NCBI GenBank assembly: GCA_965287045.1
Contig: OZ336871.1
Location: 55,676,001 to 55,740,000 of the forward strand
DNA: 64,000 bases
Direction of reading: 5' to 3'
Origin: Carcharhinus amblyrhynchos
Taxonomy: Eukaryota
Shown: positions 26,813 to 38,344 of the stretch, piece by piece
Position numbering within the stretch: position 1 is the stretch's first letter
Layout of the letters: each line of letters opens with the position of its first letter
Translations under genes and position numbers: made by a program
The notes under the pieces: generated by a model
Databases searched by the model: none
What the model was told of the DNA's origin: nothing
The model's input: only the letters and a program-made list of their open reading frames with translations

Positions 26813-29389
26813 ATATATGGCAGTTCCAGACCTTGACATGTTCTTACTGTGAATGTGATCCACTAGTCATGGAACAATGCTAGCTGTTGGACGTTGCAAC
26901 CTTGAGAGCAGAACTCAGCAGAATCTGTTTCTCCACAGAGTGGACCTGTCATTAATAGGTGCCCCTTTACTCATGACAAAAATCGAAGCATTAATTCCTC
27001 CCATCTGAGATGAAACCCCGCTCCCATATCAAATGCTTGAAATGTTTTACAAACTGCACAACAACCTTGACAGGTTCAACATGGTGCATCTGAGGTTTGC
27101 CAGAACATTAAGCACCTTCTACCTCCCCTTCCCATTAAGATCCCCCACATCTCCCACACAATCACAACCTTGCCATTATTCTCCCCCCGTAACCCTGGAC
27201 CCTGTTGATATCTATGTTGATATATGTTGATTCTTCCTGTAACCCCCATAACTGCCAATGTACCCATGCCCCTCATTTGACTGACCCTCTTGTTTTTGAG
27301 CCAAACTAAATGCGGACTTTTTGGAAATCCCTCTGCCATGAGACCACTCACCAACCACCCATGACTCTACTCCTACCTTATCTGATCCAACAGCTCCCTG
27401 TAACTCTCACTGTGCCCAGTGCCTCTCAGTACCCTCTTTAAATATCTCTCTTAACACAAGCTGAAGTTTTGAGCATGCATGACGTGCAAAGACTTGCACA
27501 AGGGTTTTCTGACATTATCAGGAAGCTTGACCAGCCTTTTAAAGTTATGAGAACTTAATACAAAAGTTCATCCTGCCGTCAGAAAAATGATTTTTTGCCT
27601 TCCTCTAAATTACGTTTGCCACCCACCAAGCTTCCCAATCCAGGCAGGTCTAGAAGGTTCTGCTCAATGTTTCATGTTCCGATGAAAGATCAGTGACTTG
27701 AAATGATAACTGCGTTTTTTTTTTCTCCACAGGTGCTGTGTGACCTGCTGAGTATTTTCAGCATTTTCTGTTACAGTTTGACAAATTTTTAACACATTTT
27801 TCATTAGGACTTTAGAAATAGGAATTTGTAAAGTAAAATTGCTGACAGCAAGTGCATTTAGAGATTAGATTTTAAATATGTTATTGATGACGTACATGTC
27901 ACATGCTCAGTTTGATTAGACTGGATACAAGTTATGCTTCCAGTAACTGTAATGGGTGTATGTTGCTGGATGTACTTAAGACATATGTGCCTTGCCTCAG
28001 CTCATCGCTGCTGAAACTGCTATGCCTTTATTACTTATAGATATGATTGTTCCAGTGTACACTTGACTGGAGTTCCAGTTTCCACACTTCATAAACCTCA
28101 GCTCATCCAAATCTTTGCTACTCATATCAAAACTTATACCAAGTCCCATTCACCTATTACCCTGTGTTTTCTGATCTGTGTTGGTTCTCAGTTTAGTAAG
28201 ACTTGATTTTAAAACTCTAATCCTTTTTCAAATCTTTTCATGGCTTCACCACTCCCTATCTCTCTAAGCTCCTCCAGCCTCATTCATCCTGCTTCTAATC
28301 ATTCTACAGTTGGCAGCTGTACCTTGAACTGCCAAAGCACTAGGCTTTTAAATTTCCTCCTTAACCCTTTCTATCACTCTTTCTGTCCTTCCTTCCTTTT
28401 AAGATATTCTTTAAAACATACTTCTTTGACTCAGTTTTTGTCATTCTAATATCTCCTGCAAGCATCAATGTCATGTTGTTAAAACCTCTGTGAAATGCCT
28501 TAGGATCTTTTATTGCGTTAGAAATGCTACACAAATCTCCCTCCCTAACAGCACTATGAATGTACCTACACCACACAGACTGCAGTAGTTCAAGAAGGCA
28601 GCTCATCATCACTTTCTTAAGAGCAATTAGGGATGGGCAATAAAAGCTGGCCTAGCCAGTGAAGTCCACTTCCCTTGAATGAAGTTAAAAAATACAAATT
28701 ATTATTAAAACACAAGGAATGAGAAAAAGGAATCATTTGCTCTTGTTTCGTGGCTGAGGGCTCTTAGAGCTTAAAAATTGCCTCCAGGGCACTTGCACAC
28801 ACTTGAGGGCCAAATTAAGTTGTATCAGATGCCGTATTAGTACGGGTATTGGTGTTGCATAGAGATCTTCTGCTGGAGATATGGAGAGCAGGCAGATCAT
28901 GATGTCAGACAGCATACATCAGCACTGCCATTTTCAAATTCAACACTCTAGCAAAGACTGTCTCTTAAATCTCACATAGCCGAGCATGTGTTTAGTAACA
29001 GGAATTATCCTCTCCCCCTCCCCACTCTCCCCTGCCGCGGCCTCCATCACAGCCTCCCTGACATGGATCATCAATCCAATTAAAGGGATCATCAATTCCA
29101 TGCAACTTAGTTACTGGTTGCCAAAACAGAAAACACTGGAAAATCTCAGCAGGCCTGGCAGCATCTGTAAGGAGAGAAAAGAACTGATGTTTTGAGTCTA
29201 AACGACCCTTTGTCAAAGCTCTGGTTGATTTCTTCTGATTTTGTCTCAGTTGTAAAGTGTTTGGCACTTTCTGTAGTCATTTAATGTTGCAAATGTCTAC
29301 AGAGTGTGGTGTGGCAGGTGCTCCGGAGTTCAAGGCTTCTACACAAATCAGTTGCTCCCAGACATGGATGCACTGGCAGGTGTTCTCCT

Positions 29390-29640
29390 TGGAATACAGC
29401 TTGACTGTGAGCATGAACTGGATAAGTGCTGAAAGAGGGAGGCAGAGCAATTTTTTGACTTGAACTTCTGAGCAAGGCAAGGACTGTGTTGCTACTGGCT
29501 GTGGCATGGACTCTTTTTTTAAACACATCTGATTCCTTCCAGGCTGCCCCTGGAGATATTTGCAACATATTTTTCTTCTACTGTTGTACAAGGGAGGTTC
29601 TCTAGTCAAAGAGTATGTGACTTCATTAGGATCACAGCCT
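29390..29640 (+). pseudogene. Harbinger (HARBI1-like) transposase remnant
   Basis: TSDSFQAAPGDICNI from 29525, then CTREV and DFI, resembling the ASGSFQ...GD...IS...CIREV helix-turn-helix region. Confidence 0.55.
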
Positions 29641-30309
29641 CTACTGTACATGTTCACATTACTGCTGTGTCACCTGCAGGTAAGGCATCACAGCAAACCA
29701 AAGTTTGGCTATTAGCAAATAGATAGCCATGAAGGTCAAACTTGGACAGCTCTAGGGTTAGTGGGCTCAGCTGTTGTCCAAAGCAGGCAGCTTGACAGGC
29801 AACAGTGACGACACTGGTAGAATGAAATGAGTTAGGAGGACGTGTTATCTTCGAGATGCAACAGTGGATTCATGCTCCCCTCCTCATCGGGCAGCAGCTC
29901 AGCAATATTGAAGAACAAATTGCTTTTCTGATGATAGAACTTGCCAGTCCACTGTCACTAAGTAATTCCAGTCATGATGTGAGGAGGCTGAGTTTCTCCT
30001 TCAACACTTGGACACGGTGATTACTGCTTGTGCTGCACTGGAAACTGTGACAACAGCTATCAATATCGTGGATGGGCCCACAACTGTACAAACTGAATCG
30101 GTCACTATTTCCATATAGAAAGAATAAGCTCCAAGCTCAGCACAAAGCCTCTTGCCAAGTTACTGATGTACAGTATACTCATTGGCAACTGCCCTTAGGC
30201 CTTTTGTTGGGCTTCCAACTGCACCAAGAATCTTTGTGGTGGATACACATTGGCTGCCACATCAGTGTTGATTTGAGTTCTCTGTGGCATATTATGCCCA
30301 CAAGTGCCA

Positions 30310-30925
30310 GGCAATGACCATTTCCAATAAGTGAGAATCCAACCATCTCTGCTTGATTTTCAACACCATTCACCAATACTATCCTGGGGGGTTACCATCA
30401 ACTAGAAACATAACTTGACTAGCCATACAAATACTGTGATTAGTTTCTCAGAGGCTGGGAATTCTACAAAGATTAACTCACCCCTCAGTCACCAACTACT
30501 AGGCACGAGTCAGTGATAGATGGAATACTTTCCATTTGCCTCAATGAGTGCAGCTCTAACAATATTCAAAACTCTACAACTCTTATCCAGCAACCCACTT
30601 GATCGGCACTCCATCCAACAACATAAACATTCACTTCCTCCACCAATAGTGCAAAGTGGCAGCAATGTGTAATATATACACGATGCACTGTAGCAACTCA
30701 CCAAGGTAACAGCAACTTTCAAATCCATAACCTCCACAACCTGACAGGACAAGGGCAGGTGCATGAGAACCCCACCACCCGAAAGTCTCTCTCCAGGCCA
30801 CACACTATCCTGACTTGGAACTTTATCCAATTTCTTCACTGCCACTGGGTTAAAAAAAATGGACTCCCTCTTAACAGCAGATGGGTGCACCTACATCAGA
30901 TGAAATACAGTGTTTCAAGAAAGCG
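30310..30925 (+). mobile_element. Degraded CR1-group LINE C-terminal fragment
   Basis: Remnant MEYFPFASMSAAL motif. 3' sequence is shared with 28540-28690. Confidence 0.55.
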
Positions 30926-32653
30926 ACTCTTTTATTCATTCATGGGATGTGGGCATCACTGGGTGGGCCAATATTCATTGCCCATCCCTGAGGGCAATTA
31001 AGATTCAGTTAGATTGCTGTGGATCTCAAGTCACATGATCAGATAAGGACAACAGATTTCCTCCAATAAAGGAGGTTAGTGAACCATAACGACAATTGAC
31101 AATGGTCAGTATACGAAAGACGTAGGTTGTATGCGTCATGGAGTGTTCTGGCTCCACATGATTATAAACCAGCCGAGGAAGAAAACTGCAAGACAGGGAG
31201 GTGGGACTTGCATAGGGATCCAGATTGCAGTTCTGGATTCACTCATTCAGTATTTGGACCTGGCTGTAGCACCCTTGCCAGGTTTGCTCTACTGCTTCTC
31301 TATGACCCGAAACTAAGAATTGTCAGTGTTTGTTGAAGCAGAAGAAAAGAACATCAATAACCTCCCTCCCCAGTATTATATTGATATTTGAGTGACTATT
31401 CTGTAATCAACAGGTGCCAATTTGGATGCAGTAGAAATTTAGCCTACTGGTAATTGCCAACACATAAGCTAGAATTTTGTATTGTTGTTGACATTAACTA
31501 ATTTTGTATCTTCCTCAAATTTTGTAGGTGAATATATGTTGTCTATACAGTTGTACAACCCATAGTTGTAAAATGTGTTTAATATAATTATTGATTTGGA
31601 TTCCTATTCACTTTCTCTGTATTGAAGTTTCACCCCAAGCATCACTATTTTTGTAAAATTTCATTGTCAGAGGAAGTGAATATACTTACCAGGATTGTAT
31701 AATTAATCATTTTGTGCATTGCTTTTCAGTATTTTCATTGAATTTTGTTTATGTTTCTCATGAGGAGTACTCTGTCAAATAACTCATAGAACTGCTTTCC
31801 CTGCCAAGTGAAACTAATCTGTAATGAATTTTTTTATTGTATAATCCAGTGAAACTTGAAGATTGAGGATTGCCCACAGTTATTTTTGACATACTAACCA
31901 CACATCATTGGTTGAAAACAAAACATGTGAATGTCAGAATTCTCTCTTTCTACTCCCCTTTGTTAATTTTGGAATACTTCAGCTTTTTGCCACTGACTCA
32001 TGAAAAAGGCATTAAGAACACAAGTGAGACTTTTGCGCTTGTCAAAAACCACATTTTTCTAATATAGAAATAACACAATAAATCTAATGTACAAGGCGTG
32101 ACTCAGCAGTTCACTTCTCAGTTTAAAATGTTTTGTTTAAATTGTACAGGATTACAGTTCACACTTGTATTACTGCTGACAGGTTCATACTTGAACAAAT
32201 GCCAATATTACTGTAAAAAAAATTACTTGTGTTGATAGCTTTTAACTCTAATACTGCAAAAAAATTCTTGAAACAATTTTAAATAAAAGTGAAAAGAATT
32301 TAAATGTTTCTTGCCCTTTCCCTCCTCTTTCCTATTCCCCTTTTCATTTTTAATAAAATTAACTCTTAAAGTTTTCTGAGCTAACTGTTCTAATGCTTAT
32401 AAATAGAAAAGCTTTCCTTACTACTTCTCCTTTCAACCATACACCTTTTCTTTAAGAATTGGATGCAACTTGCAGAATTGATCTGCCTTAAGCAGGCCAG
32501 TACTAAAAGTATAACTTGTCAGCACAAAATCTGTTATTATACTTGAAATTCTTAGCAAAAGTATACATTTTCTGATTTACTTAGAGTAACTGTGTTTCTG
32601 AGTCACATAACAAAAGCCTTGTTTAATTCCACTTCTGTTGCTTTTTGTTCCAG

Positions 32654-32827
32654 ATTGTGGACTGAATGTACATAAGCAGTGTTCAAAATTTGTACCCAAT
32701 GACTGTCAGCCTGACCTCAAGAGAATCAAGAAAGTGTATAGTTGTGACTTGACAACTCTGGTAAAAGCACATAATACGCAGAGACCCATGGTCGTGGATA
32801 TGTGTATTCGAGAGATTGAAGCACGAG
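32654..32827 (+). CDS. CHN2: Beta-chimaerin coding exon (174 nt): (D)[57 protein letters not shown](G)
   Basis: Acceptor ctttttgttccag|AT and donor CGAG|gtttga. End of C1 and start of Rho[12 protein letters not shown] and HNTQRP are CHN2-type rather than CHN1-type. Confidence 0.96.
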
Positions 32828-33151
32828 GTTTGAACAAACTCTTCATAATGCTGTAAAATATCATTTTGGTTGTATGTTTGTTTAGTTGTATTGTGCCCAG
32901 AGGTAGTTGGAGTATTTCAGTCATTTCTGTCTTGCATTACCAGACTGAGACTCTGATTTCAGCAAGTACTGACTACACAGGTGCTCTTTTGTCTTGTATT
33001 ACTATTTCATAATGTCACATCACAACGAAATTGCCTTTAATGACATCCACAAAGAAGAGTGACTCAATAGAAAAACAATTAATAAAGTAATCCTGTGACA
33101 TCCATAGATTTTGCACCTTTATTTGTTGGAGCGTTTATTGCAACTGTTGTA

Positions 33152-33830
33152 GAATCATAGAATGACATAACACAAAAAGAGGCCATTTGGCCCATCTGGC
33201 CTCTGCTAGCACATTGAAAGAGCTGTCTAATTGCTCTGAATACCCTGCTCTTGTTCCAAGCAGAGCTTTTTTTTCCCCTTTCAAATGATTATCAATTCCC
33301 TTCAAAAGTTATTATTGAATCTGCTTCCGACAGCCTGTCAGGCAGTGCATTCCAAATCATTACAACTAGTTGTGTTTTTTTCTCTCATTTTGCTTCTGGT
33401 TCTTTTGCCAATTATCTTAAATCTATGTTCGCTGGTTACCAACCTATTTATCATTGGGGAAAGCTTCTCCTTATTTTTATCAAATTCCTTTAAAATTTTG
33501 ATGATCTGTGTTAACTCTTCTCTTAATCTTTTCTGTTCCACAGAGAATAAGCTCATTTTCTCTGGTATCACCACATAACTGAAGTCTTTCATCTCTGGTA
33601 CCATTGCAGTAAACCTCTTCTGCACTTTTGCCAATGAGTTAACTTGTTTCCTAAAGTGTTGTGCACAGAACTGGCCATGCTAGTTCAGCAGGGACCTAAC
33701 TAGTGTTTCATAAAAGGTTTAGCATAATTTCCCTGCATTTGTATTTTGTAGTCCTTCTTGTAATGTCATGGGACCCCTTGAGCGTTTTTTAACAGCCTTA
33801 TCAATTGCCTTACCACCTTCATGGAACTTT
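33152..33830 (-). mobile_element. Degraded CR1 3' portion
   Basis: Peptide VQKRFTAMVPEM...SLFSVEQKRLREELTQI. atcatagaatgac tail. Confidence 0.8.
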
Positions 33831-34349
33831 GTGTTTGATATTTGGATCCTGCCAGGACAGGAATGGAGGTAGGCAGGCTCCAAAATTCTCTGCAGCGTTG
33901 TGCTTCCCAGTGCAACTCAACATATAACATTGTGCCCGTTTAATGGATGAATTGCCCTTTATAATCTCCATATCAAGTGGCTGACTTACTCATTATCTGC
34001 GATCATGGCTATTTCCATAGCTTCTTCCCCAATGGTATAATGATCTGATGGTTGTGCAGCTCTCCATCTATTTGGGTTTTCTCTCAAACATCATAATCCC
34101 ATTCATCCTGAAGGAACAAGAGTATGATAAGGCACTACTGTCCTTATCTGTGGTCAATACCAACTGCTGCAAATTTACTGAAAGGTACTTCACTAGCAGT
34201 TGTAAGTCCTCACTAGCAGTTAGCAGCCATTCAGAGTGGGTATGTGGCCTGTGTACATACCCACTCCCCCATATTCAGAAGCAGCATTTGGCCTCCAGCT
34301 GGTGTCTTTGGAGGAAACTGAATATCCAGAGAGTTGGGGTAGTACTCAC

Positions 34350-34540
34350 ATTACCAGTGCACATCAGATAAGTGAATCTATTCCTGCAGTGGATCTAGGT
34401 TCTTTTCATGGCTCTTCTGTTGCTGACAGTAGCAGCGATGTTGATTCACACACTTGCATTGTCTGAGTGAGTGGCCTCCTCCTGCCACCCTCCAGGAAGT
34501 AGACCGCACTCCTCCCTCATGGCCGACCCCATCATCTGAG
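34350..34540 (-). pseudogene. Second Harbinger-type Myb/SANT exon remnant
   Basis: Reverse complement NIAATVSNRRAMKRT*IHCRNRFTYLMCTGN|gtgagt, with the same motif and intron position as the 52566 exon. Confidence 0.6.
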
Positions 34541-34869
34541 GTCTACATCTGAAAAATTCAGTCCCTTTTCAGAACTAGGGAACTATCCCTAGTTCCAGGC
34601 CTCTGGTTTTGTTGGAACACTATACAACACAGGAATGGCTGGCATGGGAATTTAAATTGGACCTGTAATTGAGTTGACATTCATGCCCTCCATGGCCTTT
34701 AATTGGCTGCCAAATGTGTCTCCACATGAAACTTAAAACTCATTTTTGTTTTCCCCTCCAGAGGAGGCTTCAGGGCCTGGAAACATGTTCCCAATGTTGG
34801 TTTCTCATTCCTACCATAAAAATGCAGCTCCTGTGAATTAAACCACCTCCCTTCCCCCCATCCATCTCT

Positions 34870-36060
34870 CTGTTCCCGTTGACTCTTCTAAACTGCACCA
34901 TTTGGTTAGATTGCCTTCCCTCATTCTCAGCAAAACGAACTACTGCACACTTGTCTACATTTAATCTCGACCATTTTACAGTCTGTCTATGACATTTTGA
35001 AATCTGTTACCATCCTCCCCACATAATCTGAAAACTATATACCGCAAGTCCAAGTCATTAATAGATTATAGTTTCAAAGAACCACTGTATTTTTAATCCC
35101 ATGGATTTTAGTTTTGCTAACAAGTCTATTATTTGGTGCTTTATCAAATGTCTTTTGAAAGTTTGTGATGACAACATCAACTACATTATGGTCTGTTACT
35201 TCATCAAAGTCAATCAAGTTAATCAGACATGATTTGTCATTAACCAATCCATGCAAGCTTTCATTTATTAATAAAAACTATCATATTAGCAATTAATTTA
35301 ACTATGGGTTGGTGCCTCTATGAGTTGGTTCCCTCTCCTGACATTAGGTTGATTGGCTTTTAAATGCTCGTTTATCCATTTCCCCTTTTTTGAATATGGC
35401 TGTGAGATTTGCAGTTGTCTTGCACCACTTCCACAAGGAACATTGGAAGATTGTGGCTAGGGCCTCTGCACATTCCATCCTCCCCACAGCAACCCAGGAT
35501 ATATCTCATCTGGATTCTTTCAGCATTGGCAACTATACATTGCATCTCCTTTGCCTATTTTTATTCAATCCAGCTGCCTATTACTTTCTCCATTATTGTG
35601 ACATTTGCAGGAACCTCTGCTTTAGTGATGAGAGATGCTAAGAATTAATTCAGTGCATCAGCCACGTCCCCTGCTTCCAGAAAAAATCCCATTTTATTCC
35701 CTAACCAGCACCACTTTTCACTTTTAATATTTATGTAGTGATTAAAGACTTTTACGTTCCCTTCAATTAGCCATTAAAATATTCTTACGGACTCTCTTTG
35801 GCCCTCTTATTTTCTTTCTCAATTCTCCTCTGTAATCAGCTTGCTTCTCGACTGAACTATGGAATCCAACATTTATGATAAGCATTTTTTTTTCATTTTA
35901 GTCTCTTTATTTTTACCCATCCAGGGAGTTCTAACTTTGGATGCCCTTCCTTTCTCCCTTGTGAGAATGTGTCAGCCTGTTTTGAAGGCATCCCATTTTC
36001 TGTTGACTGTTTTGCCATCTGATCCTTGATCCCAATCCAGCTAGGCTAGATCTCTTTTCA
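34870..36060 (-). mobile_element. Degraded CR1 RT region
   Basis: Peptide HGLVNDKSCLINLIDF...FQKTFDKAP. Confidence 0.7.
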
Positions 36061-36114
36061 GCTCACTAAGAACAGCACTCCACAAGGTGAACATCTTCAC
36101 ACTTGATATTGTGA

Positions 36115-36960
36115 TCAATAAAGAGCTTCCTAAAGGAGGAGAGAGAGAAAAAGAAGTGGAAAACTTTATGGAGGTAATTCCAGTGCTTCGGATCTTGGCA
36201 GCTGTAGGCATGGTCGGCATTGGTGAAGCGTTTTAAATCAAGAATGCTCAAGAGGCCAGAATTAGAAGACCACAGATATCTTATAAGGCTGCAGAGCTTG
36301 AGCAGATGATAGAAATAAGTTGGGGCAAGGCATTCTTTGAAAACAAGAATGAGAATTTTAAAACTGAGGCATTGCTGAACCAGGAGCCAATGCAGGTCAG
36401 CAAACACAGGGAATGAACAGAAATTGGTGCAAGTTAGAATATGGGCAGCACATGTTTTGGATGACCTGAAGTTTACAGAGGGCAGAATGTGAGAGGTCAG
36501 CCAAGAACAGTCAAGTCTAGAGAAGGTAAGAGTTTGAGCGAAGTAAGAAGTCTCACAACACCAGGTTAAAGTCCAACAGGTTTATTTGTAGCAAACGCCA
36601 CTAGCTTTTGGAACTGGCTGTTTCTTCATCAGACGGGTGGGAATTCCACCTGACGGGGGAACAGCCAGTTCCGAAATCTAGTGGCATTTGTTACAAACAA
36701 ACCTGTTGGAGTTTGACCTAGTGTTGTGAGACTTGTTACTGTGTTTACCCCAGTCCAATGCCAGCATCTCCACAGCATGAAAATTTGAGCAGCAGTTCAT
36801 TGGAGGCAAAGGTATTGTTGAGCAGTGTTACTGAGGTGGAAATAGATGATGCAAATGTATAACTGGAAATTTATTTTGGGATTAAATATGATACCAAAGT
36901 TGCAGATAGTCTGTTCCTATTTCAGGAAGTTGCTTGGAGAGTGATGGCATCAGTACGAAG
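36115..36960 (-). mobile_element. L2-type LINE remnant interrupted by the PLE hairpin (related + strand copies at about 27990-28530, 42870-43410 and 51440-51880)
   Basis: Peptide FADLHWLLVQQCLSFKILILVFK resembles the L2 ORF2 C-terminal LHWLPV...FKIL motif. Confidence 0.65.
36542..36779 (+). mobile_element. Fold-back PLE pLTR fragment with two degenerate hammerhead motifs
   Basis: Arms about 36542-36635 and 36646-36740. Same tail as the 54949 element. Flanking tttgagc direct repeat. Confidence 0.85.
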
Positions 36961-37158
36961 GAAAAGTCATTTATGGCATGAGAAGTTGTATAATTTGCCT
37001 ATAATTCACAGCCTTTTTGTTTGTAAACCTGCAGAAATGATGTTGCAAACATCTCTAATATCTTTCTGGGGATGTTATACTGCATTGCTTTTAGTTTGCA
37101 ATTATTCTGAAACATGAAAAAGGCACAATCATAAACATTTATCACAAATAAGGGATTA

Positions 37159-37588
37159 TAAGAACATAAGAACATAAGAAATAGGAGCAGGAGTAGGCCA
37201 TCTAGCCCTTCGAGCCTGCCCCGCCATTCAATAAGATCATGGCTGATCTGTTGTGGCTCAGTTCCACTTTCCCGCCCTCTCCCCATAACCCTAAATCCCC
37301 TCTCTTATCAAGAACCCATCAACCCGCTTCTTAAAAATATTTAGCGAGGCAGCCTCCACCACTTCAACGGGCAGAGAATTCCAGAGATTCACCACCCTTT
37401 GAGTGAAGAAGTTCCTCCTCAACTCCGTTCCAAACCGCCTCCCCTTTATCTTGAGGCTGTGCCCCCTAGTCCTACTGTCTTTTTTGAGCGGGAAGAGTCT
37501 CTCCACCTCTATCCTATCCATCCCATTCATCATCTTATACGTCTCAATGAGATCTCCCCTCATTCTTCTAAACTCTAACGAGTACAAG
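37159..37588 (-). mobile_element. Young CR1 3' end (same subfamily)
   Basis: Near-identical to 39980-40410, with the same tail. Confidence 0.95.
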
Positions 37589-38344
37589 CTTTTTTGTTAT
37601 TTTGTTATTGTACTACTATCATTTTGCAACACCAAAGATTACTATATAAATGCAACTTGATGTTCTTGGGAAGAGAGGATAGCTACGAAGGGCTCTATAG
37701 ATGCTAATAATTGAGACTGCTTCAGTGTTATATCTTGAACAGAGATAAAATGTTGCATTACGTTGGATAAGATAAATGAAAGCCAATGTGTGAATTTTCC
37801 GAAACAAAACAATGAATGATTAAAAACCATTATGCATTATGGGCTGCCTGTTGTTGTGTATGGCTCATATCTTCCTGAGACCAGACACGTGACCCTGCTG
37901 AAGTTCTGATGCATTATCCTTGGTGGGAGCTCCCCAGGAAGTTTGAACTTCAGAAGGAAGAATCCCCTGCTCTCTACAACCCTTTGTGAATGTCTCCCAT
38001 TCTGAGCAAGAGTCAGAGACTTTGGACAATTTCCCAAATCTTACCTGAGCAGTTACCCAGAAAATATTACACAGAAAAATCCTAGTCTGACTCCTGGGTA
38101 ATTTCAGAACCGATTTCACCTCCCCCGCCCCCAATCACATGCAAACCCTCTGTCTCTCATCTCGAATCCTTGAATACACCCTTAAAATTCCCATATGAAG
38201 TCCGGATTACCCCTGGCCTGACTCAGCTACCCCTCCTGACTATGCTAACACCTGCTATTTCCCCACCTGACCAGACTTCATCAAATGATTACCACACAGA
38301 CCAGACCACTCCAGCCCCCACCACTGAATACCTGTCACCCTGCC

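Noticed and set aside
31100-31336. Slightly CpG-enriched segment with two short ORFs
   Set aside because: No convincing domain or splice-compatible structure.
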